The position numbers and the translations under genes were made by a program. Below are positions 25,003 through 36,300 of a stretch of 64,000 nt of DNA, one piece after another. The DNA lies in contig MU057959.1 of assembly GCA_013265495.1 (NCBI GenBank), positions 75,202 to 139,201 of the forward strand. Reading direction: 5' to 3'. The notes beneath the pieces are model-generated. The model ran no database searches, was not told where the DNA came from, and saw only the letters and a list, made by a program, of their open reading frames with translations. The first letter of the stretch is position 1. The number at the start of each line of letters is the position of its first letter. This DNA is from Vicugna vicugna (taxonomy: Eukaryota).

Positions 25003-26541
25003 GACTGCTCTCCAATATATTAGTGTGTGCATTAAGGAAAATGTGTGGTTTTGTAAAATGTAGACTTTATACCAGTTTCTTGAAAATACTTAATTGTATC
25101 TAAAGATTAAGGAGTAGATTGGCATATGAAATAATTTACTGTGAAATCATGGTTATGTGTCTGTAGGAATGTTTCTCTAAGTTTAGGTTCTTCTTCTCTA
25201 ATGACAGAATTTCTGTAATAGATGTAAGATAACAGAGATTTTCAGTTTCATCTTGAGTCAATTTTTGTAACATTCTTTTCAGGAAATGTGCCCATTTTCA
25301 TCAAAAGTGTTACTTTGGTCTACAAAATTTAGCTTATTGTTTTTGTATTCTCTTTATTTCTGATGAAAATTCAAATTTGCTTTATAGTACTGATTTCACA
25401 AATATTCACCTCACACATATGTATGTATTTATGAATGTTTCATATTTCAAAATTTCCACTCTTTTTTGTCAGGTCCTGCCTTTCAACATTCCCTGAGTTA
25501 GTATGGTGAGATTCACCCCTCCATTTGTACTCAGTCACCTATCTGTGTATCCATCCTCCAATCAAGCAGTTCCACAAACACTCTGTAAACCAGTGTCAGA
25601 AGCCTCCACACATCCCTTTTATATGAGAGGATAATATGAATATGGCGGCCACATCTCTATTACTTCGGTATAAATCCGTAGTAACCTTCCTTACGAGTGC
25701 CTTTGGCTTTGCCCAGCTGAAGCCCATTTGGAGACTATCTCTATGTATTAACTGAAACATTTATTTTGTTGAGTATCACTGAGGTCTAGATTTATATTTC
25801 CAGACCTCGTGCAGATCTCTGTCCCTTGGCCCCAGATCTAGGGTGCAGGCTCTCTTAGATTGCTAACACCTTGAGGACCATGGGAAGCTTCTCCATGTGC
25901 TCTGCCCATTTCTTGCCAATCCTGTGTCTCTTGCTTTTGGAAGCATAGAGGAAAGAATCCTGTCTTCAGATCCTGTGTTCAGTGTCTGACATTACAACTT
26001 CCCACCTGAGCTCTCAGTCGCCTTCTTCCTATGAGGACTCGGCTGACTTAATGGTGCTGTGGAGGGACCATGTCTCAGCTGCTGCCTGTCTTGGATGACT
26101 AGTGACCCATCAGTAATAATTACTGGTCCTTTTACTGAATTTGAGGCATGCTGTGCTGTCGGAAAAGGCACATCCCCTCAGTGATGGATATGGCATCTCC
26201 CACTTTACCTGCATGTATTTGAGTGAGTCCCACACACGTTTCTTTCCCCACAATGACTAAGGTGCCCTGTGAGGACTCTTTTTTTGACCACAGTGCCCCA
26301 TCCCACTACAATAAAGAGAACATAGTCCTCTTCCATTCCCATGATGGTGTACTTCTTTTTTCTCCCTCTGACCAGGACACCCTGAGGACATCTCTGTTTA
26401 ACCCTCATCAGACTTGTCTCTGGTGAGACGTCTGTCTTATTAAAGGCCCATTTTCCTGGATGTTTAATATGGCTATTTGTGAGTTTTAAATTAGGTGACT
26501 TTCTGCAAAGATACACATGCACAGAGTACTTACTAAATCTA

Positions 26542-26547
26542 TTTATT
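26542..26547 (-). terminator. Polyadenylation signal AATAAA of lipocalin copy B
   Basis: tttatt on the plus strand, ~190 nt downstream of the exon 7 acceptor at 26736-26735. Confidence 0.75.
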
Positions 26548-26732
26548 TAATCTGTCAGAAATCAAATACCACTGAAAAGGACATGAATGCTGAGCAGGAG
26601 AGACAAAGTGGAAAGGAAGTATGATTATGGAGAGAGAGATGGATGATGTTTTGCGGGAACCAGGATTGTTGTCTCCATATTGTTGATCCTGATTCCATGG
26701 AGAAGATGATGTGACTGGTTCTCTGTGACATG

Positions 26733-29700
26733 TTCTGTAGGTGAATAAAACAGGACAGGGGTTAGTTGAATGGACCTTATGCCAAGTGACAGAGCTGAGC
26801 CTCAGGGAGTAGCATGTCCTGAGTCAGAGGAGCTGTTAGTGAATCCTGTGGGCAGATTCCATGTGGAAGTTAGTCTCCCCACGTCCCTGATGTGTGGGCG
26901 TCCATTGGGAATTGCCCCAAGTATTTACATATGGCGGGACCTCTCCTGGGTAGGATTGATTCTAGGGGTCTTGTGATTTCATGATGCATGCTCGTGGAGT
27001 GATTCATCAAAAAATGTTTGACAGGATCTCTGATTGAGTTACGCTTTTCTAATTTTTAAATGTCGTCTTTGGTGGCTTCAGAATTATAATCATTTGGAAG
27101 CTACTATTACTGTCTGGCTTTTTCCTCTCCTTGTTCCTAAAAAATAAGTAAATAAATAAAGCCACAAGTTAGCCTCATTCCAGGTCCTTTTCCTGGGCTA
27201 TCTTCTTCTAGAAACCTTAAACATCCCACTTTAGCAAAATCAGCCTCTGAAAAGGAATATAAAACAAAGCTGTGTTTCAGACAGTGTGGTTGGAAGGTCT
27301 TCAGTGGGGCAGTCTCATTTGTGTGCGGTTCTGTAACTGTAAGCAGCTCAGGATGTGTATGAAGATGCACCAGCTCAGGATTGATGGTGAAATTAATTGG
27401 TTTTCATTAATTTCTGGCAATTCCTGCTTCTCTCTAAGGTCTGTCATCTGCATAAAGCCTGCATGGTGGTGATTTCTCAACAAAACTGCACACAATTAAA
27501 TGGCCAATCATTAATATGTAATTTAATAAGACTCGAGAGAAGTGAAAACTCCTCAGTGTAAGAGAAAAAATTGTGTAGTGACATAATTTCAATGAGTGAG
27601 GCAAAAGACATAGTAACCTACAAAATTTGGCTGATACTAAGTCACAGAATGTCCTTCCTGATTTACTTGCTGGAACAGCAGTAACAAGAGTTCATTTTAA
27701 CTTACAGTTGGTTTTGGCAGCATCTTCTTTTATTAAACAGTCACCTGGGGGAAAATCAAAGAGAAGAATAAAAGAATAGCAGAGCATTACAATTTCCCAA
27801 CATTCCCAAAGTTTCCTTTTTTCAGTTATGGATTTTATAGAAGATTCTTTATGGAAGGAAATTTAAACAAATCAAGTTGTTTCCAGACAGCCTATTTATA
27901 TCCCACTTGAATGATGTATTCAGGATAAAGTGTAGTTTTATTACCAAGGCAGAGGACTTTCTGAAGATTGTTTTCTGAAATCCCCTTCTCCTTCAGCAGC
28001 TCCTTGATCTTCTGTAAGACTTTGTCTGTTGTATCACATACTTTGGCTGAAAATCATAATGCATAAAGCAGAATTGTGACCATTAGAATCCTTGAAAATT
28101 TCTGAACACAGTATATGAAATTGTACGTGCAAATCATATCTTTACTTCATGCAAGTTTAACAGAGTCTCAAATTGACACAGACGTCTGCAGAATGAAACC
28201 TTGTCTGACTCTAACAACATTCTCTCCAGCATCAGCACCTAGGCTGCAAAGACTCCTGAGGACCTCTGTGAGTCTAACTTCTGATTCATCACAAATATGT
28301 AAATTATCTGCTGATTTATCAGCTTCTTGGAAACTCTATCTGACATTCAAGCCTCATTCTGGAGAAAATATTCTGGAAACGTGTTCTCACCTCCCTTAGA
28401 CACTTTGACCATGTTACACATAGTCATGGGAGATGATTTATTCTTTAATCAAACCACAGTTCTCCATAGTGCATTTTTGAAATAGTCACCTGTTGTCACA
28501 GGGACTACAGCACACCTATCAGTGAGTCTGTGTGGTCATCTGTGCTGATGTCTGCGTTCTTCAGAACATGGCATGAGAGAAATTGAACAGGATGAAGAAT
28601 TATTTTATGAACTTCAGTTCCAGGCCTTAGAATGCATTGGGAAGTAGCATAAAATGAATTGACTGAGGTCGATCAGATCATAGCCATGCCTTAAAATTAG
28701 TTGGCAATTTCAGATACTATTTTTAAAACAAGTGAATTTTCAAAATTCTTCAATTTTAACACATGGTACTTATTTTGAAACGTCAGATGATCTGTTACTT
28801 CCCACTGCTACCAGCTCCTCTTTTTACCTTTGTTTCATTGTAGATCACATTTCTGAATCTTGATGAACACAGTGACCTAGGCCTTGTCAATGGGCAATGA
28901 GTCATATGCACACCTGGTGACTTTCTGAATAAAAATGCTGACAGTGGAAGTGTTAACAGACACTGACCATGGGGATGTTAGGATGTGGTACATACCAAGC
29001 ACTTCGAGCACTTTGGTCTCGTTGCCTGCTGCATCCACCTTGACAATAATTACTATCAGGACATTGTCAGATAGTTGAATAGTTTGCAATTCTTTTATAC
29101 AGTCATCTGTGAGGGAACAAGAAAAGACATGTATAGTTACACGTTTTTATTGGTTGTGCGTTAGTATCATCATGACACATTTAGTGGATTACTACCCACA
29201 GTCATGCCTGTGGTGGTCCGTGTGTCACTCCATCAGTGCGGTGACACTACACTTGGTTACAATGGCACGGAAAGTGGGGAAGACCCTCCTTATCACCACC
29301 CTCTCATACAGTTCACCTGTCACACCTTGCAGAATTACTAGCATGTTTCCTAGAACATGTTTTCTACCGCAGTTAACATGTTTGTTTATTTTTTAACCAC
29401 ATGTGCATATTACCATGTGCAAGTTCAAGAAATCTGTATATATACTTTTTTATCCCAGGAATGGAATTGATTTCTCTTTGTGACCAAAAGCAGCTGACTA
29501 TTCATCACTGGTTGTTGAGTGCTGCCCTGTAGCAAGCACCTTCTGCACACTGTGTAAGAATGACTGCATTTCTTCTGCCCTGCACTCTCACTGTGTGACA
29601 TCACAGATGTGCAGAGGACACTTGTATAGGTCAGTGTTAGGACAGGTTTACTTGCCAGTATATAGAGGAAGTGACCACCTCACAGTAAAGTCACCCCCCG

Positions 29701-32700
29701 TGGAGGGGTGCACCTCACCTCTCTGGCTCTGTCCATCCGCCTGCCACTTTCTCTTCAGATGAAGAAACACTGATCTACTCTGTGTTACGTCTAAATCCAT
29801 TCTCACTTCTAGCCCTCCTGACACCTTATTGGAATCACTCATCCAGATCTGATATAAAACTGCCCAGCTGTGTACGCAAAACACAAAAATAGCATCACCC
29901 ATTCTCTGGAACACTGAAACACCATGTGACTGCCAGAGCAATGACTAAGTAAGAGCCAGCACAGCTTCAGAGTTTCAACTGAGTCTTTGTGTCTTGCCCA
30001 AGGCCACTCCAAGGCCATGAACCTTCGGTTCCACTGGGAGCATTTAAATAAGGTTTTATGCATCTCTTCAGATTCTCAGTCCCCACCTAGGTGATACCCA
30101 TCGTTTTACAGAGGAGAGTTTGCACACAATCTCACAATGGGATGTACATGTTTTCAAGGTGAAGGAGACAGAGTGTATCTCCTTGGACCCCTGCTGTGAT
30201 CAAGGCGCCGCTGGTGCTGTGCTGGCCATGCCTGCACATCGTGCCCCCAGAACCACGCTGGGAGGCTGCAACCTCTAGTTCCCAAAGACTTTAGAACAGG
30301 CCAGCTGTTCCTTTCTCTCCCTTCTTAAGTTGCCCTGTCAACATCCAGGTAGAAAAGATTCCCCAAAATGGAGACATTTAAAGGAAGAGTCGTAAAGGCA
30401 GGAATGATTCAGCCAAAGGAGAATGATAATAGGGGAATAAAAAATAAAAACACCCATTTAAATCTCCTGATATAAAAAGTTATTTATGAAAATATAAGGA
30501 AGTCTTTCCAGCATACATTTTATGTATTTGTGTTCATTGAACAACCCCTGTGCTATTTTTTCAATTATACAAGGGTTGGGACCTCATATTGATATATTTA
30601 AGTGTTCACCAATTATGTACCCCATAGACCATTTAAATTTAGGAATGCTGTTTAGGGCCATTAGAAAGAACTTAGAGAGTTAAATCTTAACCACCAACCC
30701 CATTGCTTTGAACACAAACTGTGTTTATGAAGCAATATGCTTGGTGTTTAAAATGACTACTTCGTGGCTGTAAAGTTCTTGGCTATATAGGAATGGATTA
30801 AGATGTTGTGAGGTTGTTTTCAAAAAGTGTATTTTGCTGAATGAGTTTGATATGTAAACTCAAGATAGACTCTTGAGACAGTAGTTCCTAGAGTGGTTTT
30901 AAAGAATATAGAAATAGTTTCATGCACCTGAGAACCTCTTGAAATAACAGTTATATGTATATGTGGTTAGTCTATCATTGACTACACTCAAGATTGAGAA
31001 GGGCCATCCAAGTCATGTGATTTAAGCCTTTGCTCATGACAAAATATCGTGCCTGGAAAGTTTAGGGCCTAGTGCCTGTCTGGTCACACCTCTTCTCTGT
31101 GGTAGAGCTAAAATTATAAAATATGCAGTTCTTGAAAGAATTTGTGGCCAAGATTCCAACCCTAATATGCTTTTTCACATAAAACTGTCATACTTACCTC
31201 CTACAGGATAAACACCGTCTTCTTGCTTTGTTTCCTTGATAATTGTTTGTGTGCTTTTTCCATTGAACCTTGAAGGCAAAACATATTCAAACTGGTGTTT
31301 AAAAATAATGAACAGTTTAACATTTAATTAGGATTTTCTTTGTTTAACCCTCCCAAGTCCCTATGTCACCTATCACCTTTGTGCCCGTAAACAAGGTCAC
31401 ATTCAAAAGAGAAGAAATAAGTCGTCTAAGATCAAGTAACTGTCCAGTGGCCTGAATGCCTGGTTACACATAAAATCTGAGCAGTATTTCACAAGATAAA
31501 CTTTAGAAACCAAAGAGATCATGTTTAAAGCCTAAAGAACATAAATAAATCTAGAATTTGGAGAAAGAAAAGTAAAAAGGCTTTTCTTGAAACTGATAAC
31601 TATCAACACACATTTTAGCTGTGTCACAACTCTGGCCAATAATTTTTAGAGAATATAATGAAAAAACAACAACAAAAAAGGGCAAACGTGTTTAAGTATA
31701 TCCAAAACACAAACTCTTCTATCAAAGCTCTGTGAGAGAATTAAACATTGAAAATCATATGTGTGTGTGTCAAAAAATGTGACTTCATCAACAGTCAGTT
31801 AAATATAGACTATTCAAAGTTACGGAAATAATAAACAGTAAATTAATATGGTCAAACTGTGTGACAGCTGACAGGTATGTTTACTGGGATAGGGTATATA
31901 CGTGTGTGTGGGTGTAATTTGGTTATATGTAAGCTATCAAATATATAATATACAGTCAGGTATATATATTTGTTTATCTTTAAAACAGTCTCTCAAAAGT
32001 TAAAGCTCTTAGTTGACTTCTTAATACTTTTTTTCTTCAAAATATCTCTCTGAGTTTGCATGCTCCTAATAAAACCCCTGCCACGTGGAGAACATTCCCT
32101 GAGCAGCACTGGGAGCTGTGGTGACCTTAATATGTTTAGTGATGATTGTAAATAGCTGAGAGTGAGCCCTTCACGGTTGAGGCCACTTTGTCCTCCACGT
32201 GCCCACATCCTCTGGGGCTCAGGGGTAAGCATGTCCTACAAGTTGGACGTGGACTCAAAGCCCTATGGACTGAAGGGATGGAAGACAGGGCCCTCTATTT
32301 CCTGGTACATTGGTGCTTCTTCCCTTTAAGATTTGACTCCAGTGGAGCATCTGTGACCTTCCCTCTAAGGAAAGGCTCCAGGATGTTCTCTAGAGGCCGA
32401 TCCTGGACCTGACTGAGAAATTCCAGAGACACCTCTAATGCTCACAACCCCAGGAGCTGCAGTGTTCCACCTAACCCAGGTATTTCTCAGCAAGTGTGGA
32501 GGCCAGACCTTTTCTGAGGGTTGGGGATTTATGTGAGTTTTCCCTTTGTGTTATTTTTACTTACCTCTCAAAAATCGTGAAGGTGATTGTGCCTGCTTCA
32601 TCGTCTATTTCAACCTCACAGATGAAAGTTTTACATGGGCACTTACTGGCCTCTGTGTCACTGGCTGAGATGTAAATTGGTTTCCATACTGAATTCTGAA

Positions 32701-33266
32701 AGCAAAATTCCTTAGTAAATGTAGCTCATATCTTTTCATTGTGTCCAGCATCATCCATCATGACTGTCCCTTCACTTCTGCACATCAGCACGGATTACTA
32801 CGTACTTTGCATGGACGAAGCAGGGTTCATAAAAGAATGTGAAAACACAAGTCAAAGGGAAATCATGGAGTTTAGGTTATTCAGAGATCGTTTACCCTCC
32901 ATGAAATGAAAGATTTCAAGTGGGACCCGTTTTGGGGTGACCCCCCTTCACTTGTACAAGAGCAGTAAAGATGCAGGAGAGCCCAAAAATAGGTGATGGG
33001 GAGAAGACGGAGGCAGTATAGAGGTGCGGGTGCCATTTAGAGGAGGAGTTCTGAGTTGGAGCTAGCTGCCCAGGTGACGTTCACAGAAACATCAAAACAC
33101 ATAATCACAATCCAAAAGTACACACACACACACACACACACTTACAGATATACAACCTCCTCCCAGATGAGGCCATCCCAGGTACCTTTGATACAATGTC
33201 CACATCTGAAGTTTCTTGGGCGGTGCAAAGCACACCAAGTACAAAAGTCAGGAAGAGAATCTTCAT
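26733..33266 (-). CDS. Intact spliced secreted lipocalin, OBP / allergen Bos d 2-like, copy B, 178 aa: MKILFLTFVLGVLCTAQETSDVDIVSKNSVWKPIYISASDTEASKCPCKTFICEVEIDDEAGTITFTIFERFNGKSTQTIIKETKQEDGVYPVGDDCIKELQTIQLSDNVLIVIIVKVDAAGNETKVLEVLAKVCDTTDKVLQKIKELLKEKGISENNLQKVLCLGDCLIKEDAAKTN
   Basis: Coding segments 33266-33186, 32695-32565, 31268-31198, 29106-28996, 28046-27945, 27744-27706 and 26734-26733 total 537 nt with no internal stop. All introns are GT-AG with phases 0,2,1,1,1,1. Exon sizes 71/111/102 are lipocalin-like. The signal peptide plus QET resembles Bos d 2; TKQEDGVY, VD..G and EKGISENN resemble artiodactyl OBPs. Confidence 0.92.
27706..27744 (-). CDS. Copy B exon 6 (39 nt)
   Basis: ttcccccag|GTGACTGT...AACT|gtaagt; carries the conserved C-terminal DC motif. 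Confidence 0.85.
27945..28046 (-). CDS. Copy B exon 5 (102 nt, predicted C-terminal helix)
   Basis: ttttcag|CCAAAG...CTTG|gtaat; LQKIKELLKEKGISENNL. Confidence 0.92.
28996..29106 (-). CDS. Copy B exon 4 (111 nt)
   Basis: ctcacag|ATGACTGT...CTTG|gtatgt; overlaps track ORF 28877-29089. Confidence 0.92.
31198..31268 (-). CDS. Copy B exon 3 (71 nt)
   Basis: ttcaag|GTTCAATGGA...GGAG|gtaagt; FNGKSTQTIIKETKQEDGVYPVG. Confidence 0.9.
32565..32695 (-). CDS. Copy B exon 2 (131 nt)
   Basis: tttcag|AATTCAGTATGG...GAGAG|gtaagt; contains the SCR1 Trp (WKPIYI). Confidence 0.9.
33121..33141. repeat. (CA)n microsatellite in intron 1 of copy B
   Basis: Seen directly; an interrupted counterpart lies at ~50165-50210 in copy C. 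Confidence 0.9.
33186..33266 (-). CDS. Copy B exon 1 coding part (signal peptide, MKILFLTFVLGVLCTAQETSDVDIVSK)
   Basis: ATG in acaATGA context, hydrophobic core, donor AAG|gtacc. Confidence 0.93.
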
Positions 33267-33350
33267 TGTGCTTGTTCTTCAAGTTGTGCTGTTGGAGAAG
33301 CTGTGCGTGCTGTGTGTCAGCTGGTGGAGAAAACTTGAATGTGTGCCTCT

Positions 33351-33357
33351 TTTTATA
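33351..33357 (-). promoter_or_regulatory. TATA box (TATAAAA) of copy B
   Basis: 85 nt upstream of the ATG; conserved at the same spacing in copy C (50413-50419). Confidence 0.85.
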
Positions 33358-36300
33358 GGATCCCTCTGGTGTCCTGACCCATAATGAACCAATGGTTGTT
33401 AATCCAAGACCTGGTTACATAGACGTTTTGTTCGGATATCCTGGTTGGCAGGGAGGAGCTTTTCTGGACATTCATTGTGTTTATTTGAGATTGGTTTTAA
33501 GAGAAGCTTAAGTTGATCCTGACACTTGACCTTTAGGGTAAGTGAGAAATCATAGTACATATGAGATGTTTCAAGGACAGTGATAGTTGTTTTCTTTTAT
33601 ATCCCGAGTTGCAGAATGGGATAAGTCCAAGATACATTTCCGCAAATAGAATGTTGTTTCTTTAGCATTGAGGGGATATGTTTAAGCATACTTTGTCAAA
33701 CTAAAGATGCTGCTGTTCAGTATAACAAGATTACAGTGATTCCCTAAGAGACCTTAGGAAAGTCTCCAATCCCTGAGGGCAGGAACAGATCAGCATAAAC
33801 ACGTGTCTCCTCCCCAGACCAGGCTCTGTCATCCTTTTCACTAAGAGGAACTTTCATGCCGATGCCCAACTACCTCTAGTGAGGAAGGCACTTCAGCACT
33901 TCATTGTCATTGGTCTATTTTCCAAAGCTTTTATTACAATCTTTTCTTTAACATGTCATTTACCCATTGACTCAGTTGTTCCTCCAGGTAAGCATGCATG
34001 CGTGACTGCAGTTCTTATGATTTTTACAAATTTGAAAGGAAAAAGCAAACTTCCATTCTTTGTACCTCTGGTTATTTTCAAGGACACTGGAACAGGCAAG
34101 GAACACTTTTTGTTTGTTTTCCTCAAATTTTTATTCATAATCATTTTCTAGTGTTTCATCAGATAAATTCTCAGTTATATTTTGTTCTGACTATAGAAAT
34201 GGTAGTTGGATCATGTCCCGCTCCATCTGAGTGAGATCACCCAGTGACCTGACTGAGTCCCAGCTGCTCCCGGGACACACAGCCTCAGCATTTGTGTCTT
34301 TGTTACCTGACCTTTGAGGGGAGTGGGATTGAAAGTGATCTTCAGCCTCTGTCTTTTCTCTGACTCTTGTCTTCCTGCTCACAAAGACCAATGCTGTTGA
34401 TTCACTGTCGTCTTTTCTCTTTTGTTTTGGTCCCAGTATCATATTTTCTCTTTGTTTCACAGACTCCTCTGTGTATCGGTCTATCCAGTGTTCCATTGTG
34501 AAGTCTATGGGAGGGAAGGTTTTCATGCCTCAGAATGTCTTAGAATTTGTTCTCTTACCTCTCTGATTAGGATAATTCTGAGCAGGGTTGTGATCACAGC
34601 TAACACCCTCATCCACCTTTCTCACTCCCTCCAACTCTGCCTGTTTCACCCCAACATTAGCAGGTTTTTCTTTTGAATCCTGGCAACATATATTCCCTGG
34701 CAATATACACCCAGGGGATCCCATCTTAGAAAGAGCTTTCTAAGTCAATCAAGGGGAAATTAAACAGTAGTCACTCTCAGAGACTTCTGCGGCAACTTGT
34801 TCTTTGTATCCTGTTTATCCTGTTATTTTAGACCTACAAAAATCATATGAGCTTTAATCCCTATTGCCTTGAGTTCATGTCAGTCACAATGTGTTTTAAC
34901 AGTGTGACAGATGGTAAAGGAACCATCCTACACAAACATGAAGCTCTTGTCCCCCTAATGTTGGTAACCCATCCTATGTAGATGTCTCTGGTCTTTCTTC
35001 TCAAATTTGTCCAGTTTCCTAGAACTCTGTGCCCCACCTCCCAGTTTATAAACTAAATTATGTCTTCTTTTTCTATTCTCTCTGTGGTCATTGTTTTTAC
35101 ATCTTAAATTCCATAATTCCTCTCTAAATATTGCAAGGAACATTTCGAGACTCTGCAGCAGACACACTTCACTCCCTCAAGGATTCTGAACCATGATACC
35201 AATGAATTTAGAATCTGACTTGATGTAATTCACCACATGCCCAGTTTTTGAGATCTGATCCTGGTGAAATTCTCTTCCACAATGTCCCTCAAATGACAAG
35301 CTCAGAAATCCCAAGTGTGTTTTATTGATGATGTTGGTCCAGATCTAGGGTGTTCAGTCTTGTGCCTGGACATCCGCCCCTCTGCCCAGCACACCAGGAC
35401 AGGGCATTTCTCCTTGTCTCACAGCACACTTCTCAGCAGAAGGCTGTTGCGCCCTCTTCCCAAAGCTTGCCCTGTGTCAAGATTTTCTCAAGGCCGTGGT
35501 CCCCTTGGTCGATCTCTTCTAAATCTCCCTCTCTCCCTCTGGATTTGTGCTGACTCGGGTGGTTTTCTACTTACTCCTGCCCACAGTGTAGTAAATCCCG
35601 AACACCTGCTTCCCACTTTATGAGCATTTTTTTCTTTTCATAAGCAGTCTTCATCTACTAAAGAGCCACTTCCATAGTGTCATAATCTTTGGTCTTTGGA
35701 GTCGGCTGCATCCCCAGTGCCCAGGACTGGTGAGTGGATTAGTTTGTGTCCCCGGGGATTTCTGTTCCTGATGGGCACATGTGGGAAACGATGAATGTAA
35801 TAGCGAGATTTGGTGAAAAGAAATCCTTAAGGACATTATAATGAACTACAGTCCAGAGCCATGTGCAGGGATCATTCAGTTACACTCAAAGGTGTATGGC
35901 TGAAATAGAAAGGATTGTTTTCACCAGAGTTCCTTGGCAAAAGAAGCAAGGAGCTAGCAGGTCTGGTGGGACTGATTCATGTATGTTTAGAAGAAAGTCA
36001 ATGTTGGACAGCATCCCTCCTCTAGGATAGTTGTACTCAAAATGCACGAAGAAACGGAAACACAGGTATGGCATGTTGAATAATACAGGTGGTGTAGAAA
36101 GAAGGAGGTTCACACTTTAAAACCAATTTACAGAGAATAGGGATTCTGGCGTTACATAATTACCCAGGTTGTACATTTCAGCATAGCTTTTAGGGACCTC
36201 TGTAGTCTGTTTCAGGAAAGGATCACCATATTTCCATGAAAAGTCAAGGGGTTTAGAAACACTTTGAGGTGTTAAGCAGCGTCAGCAAAGGAGAGCTAAA

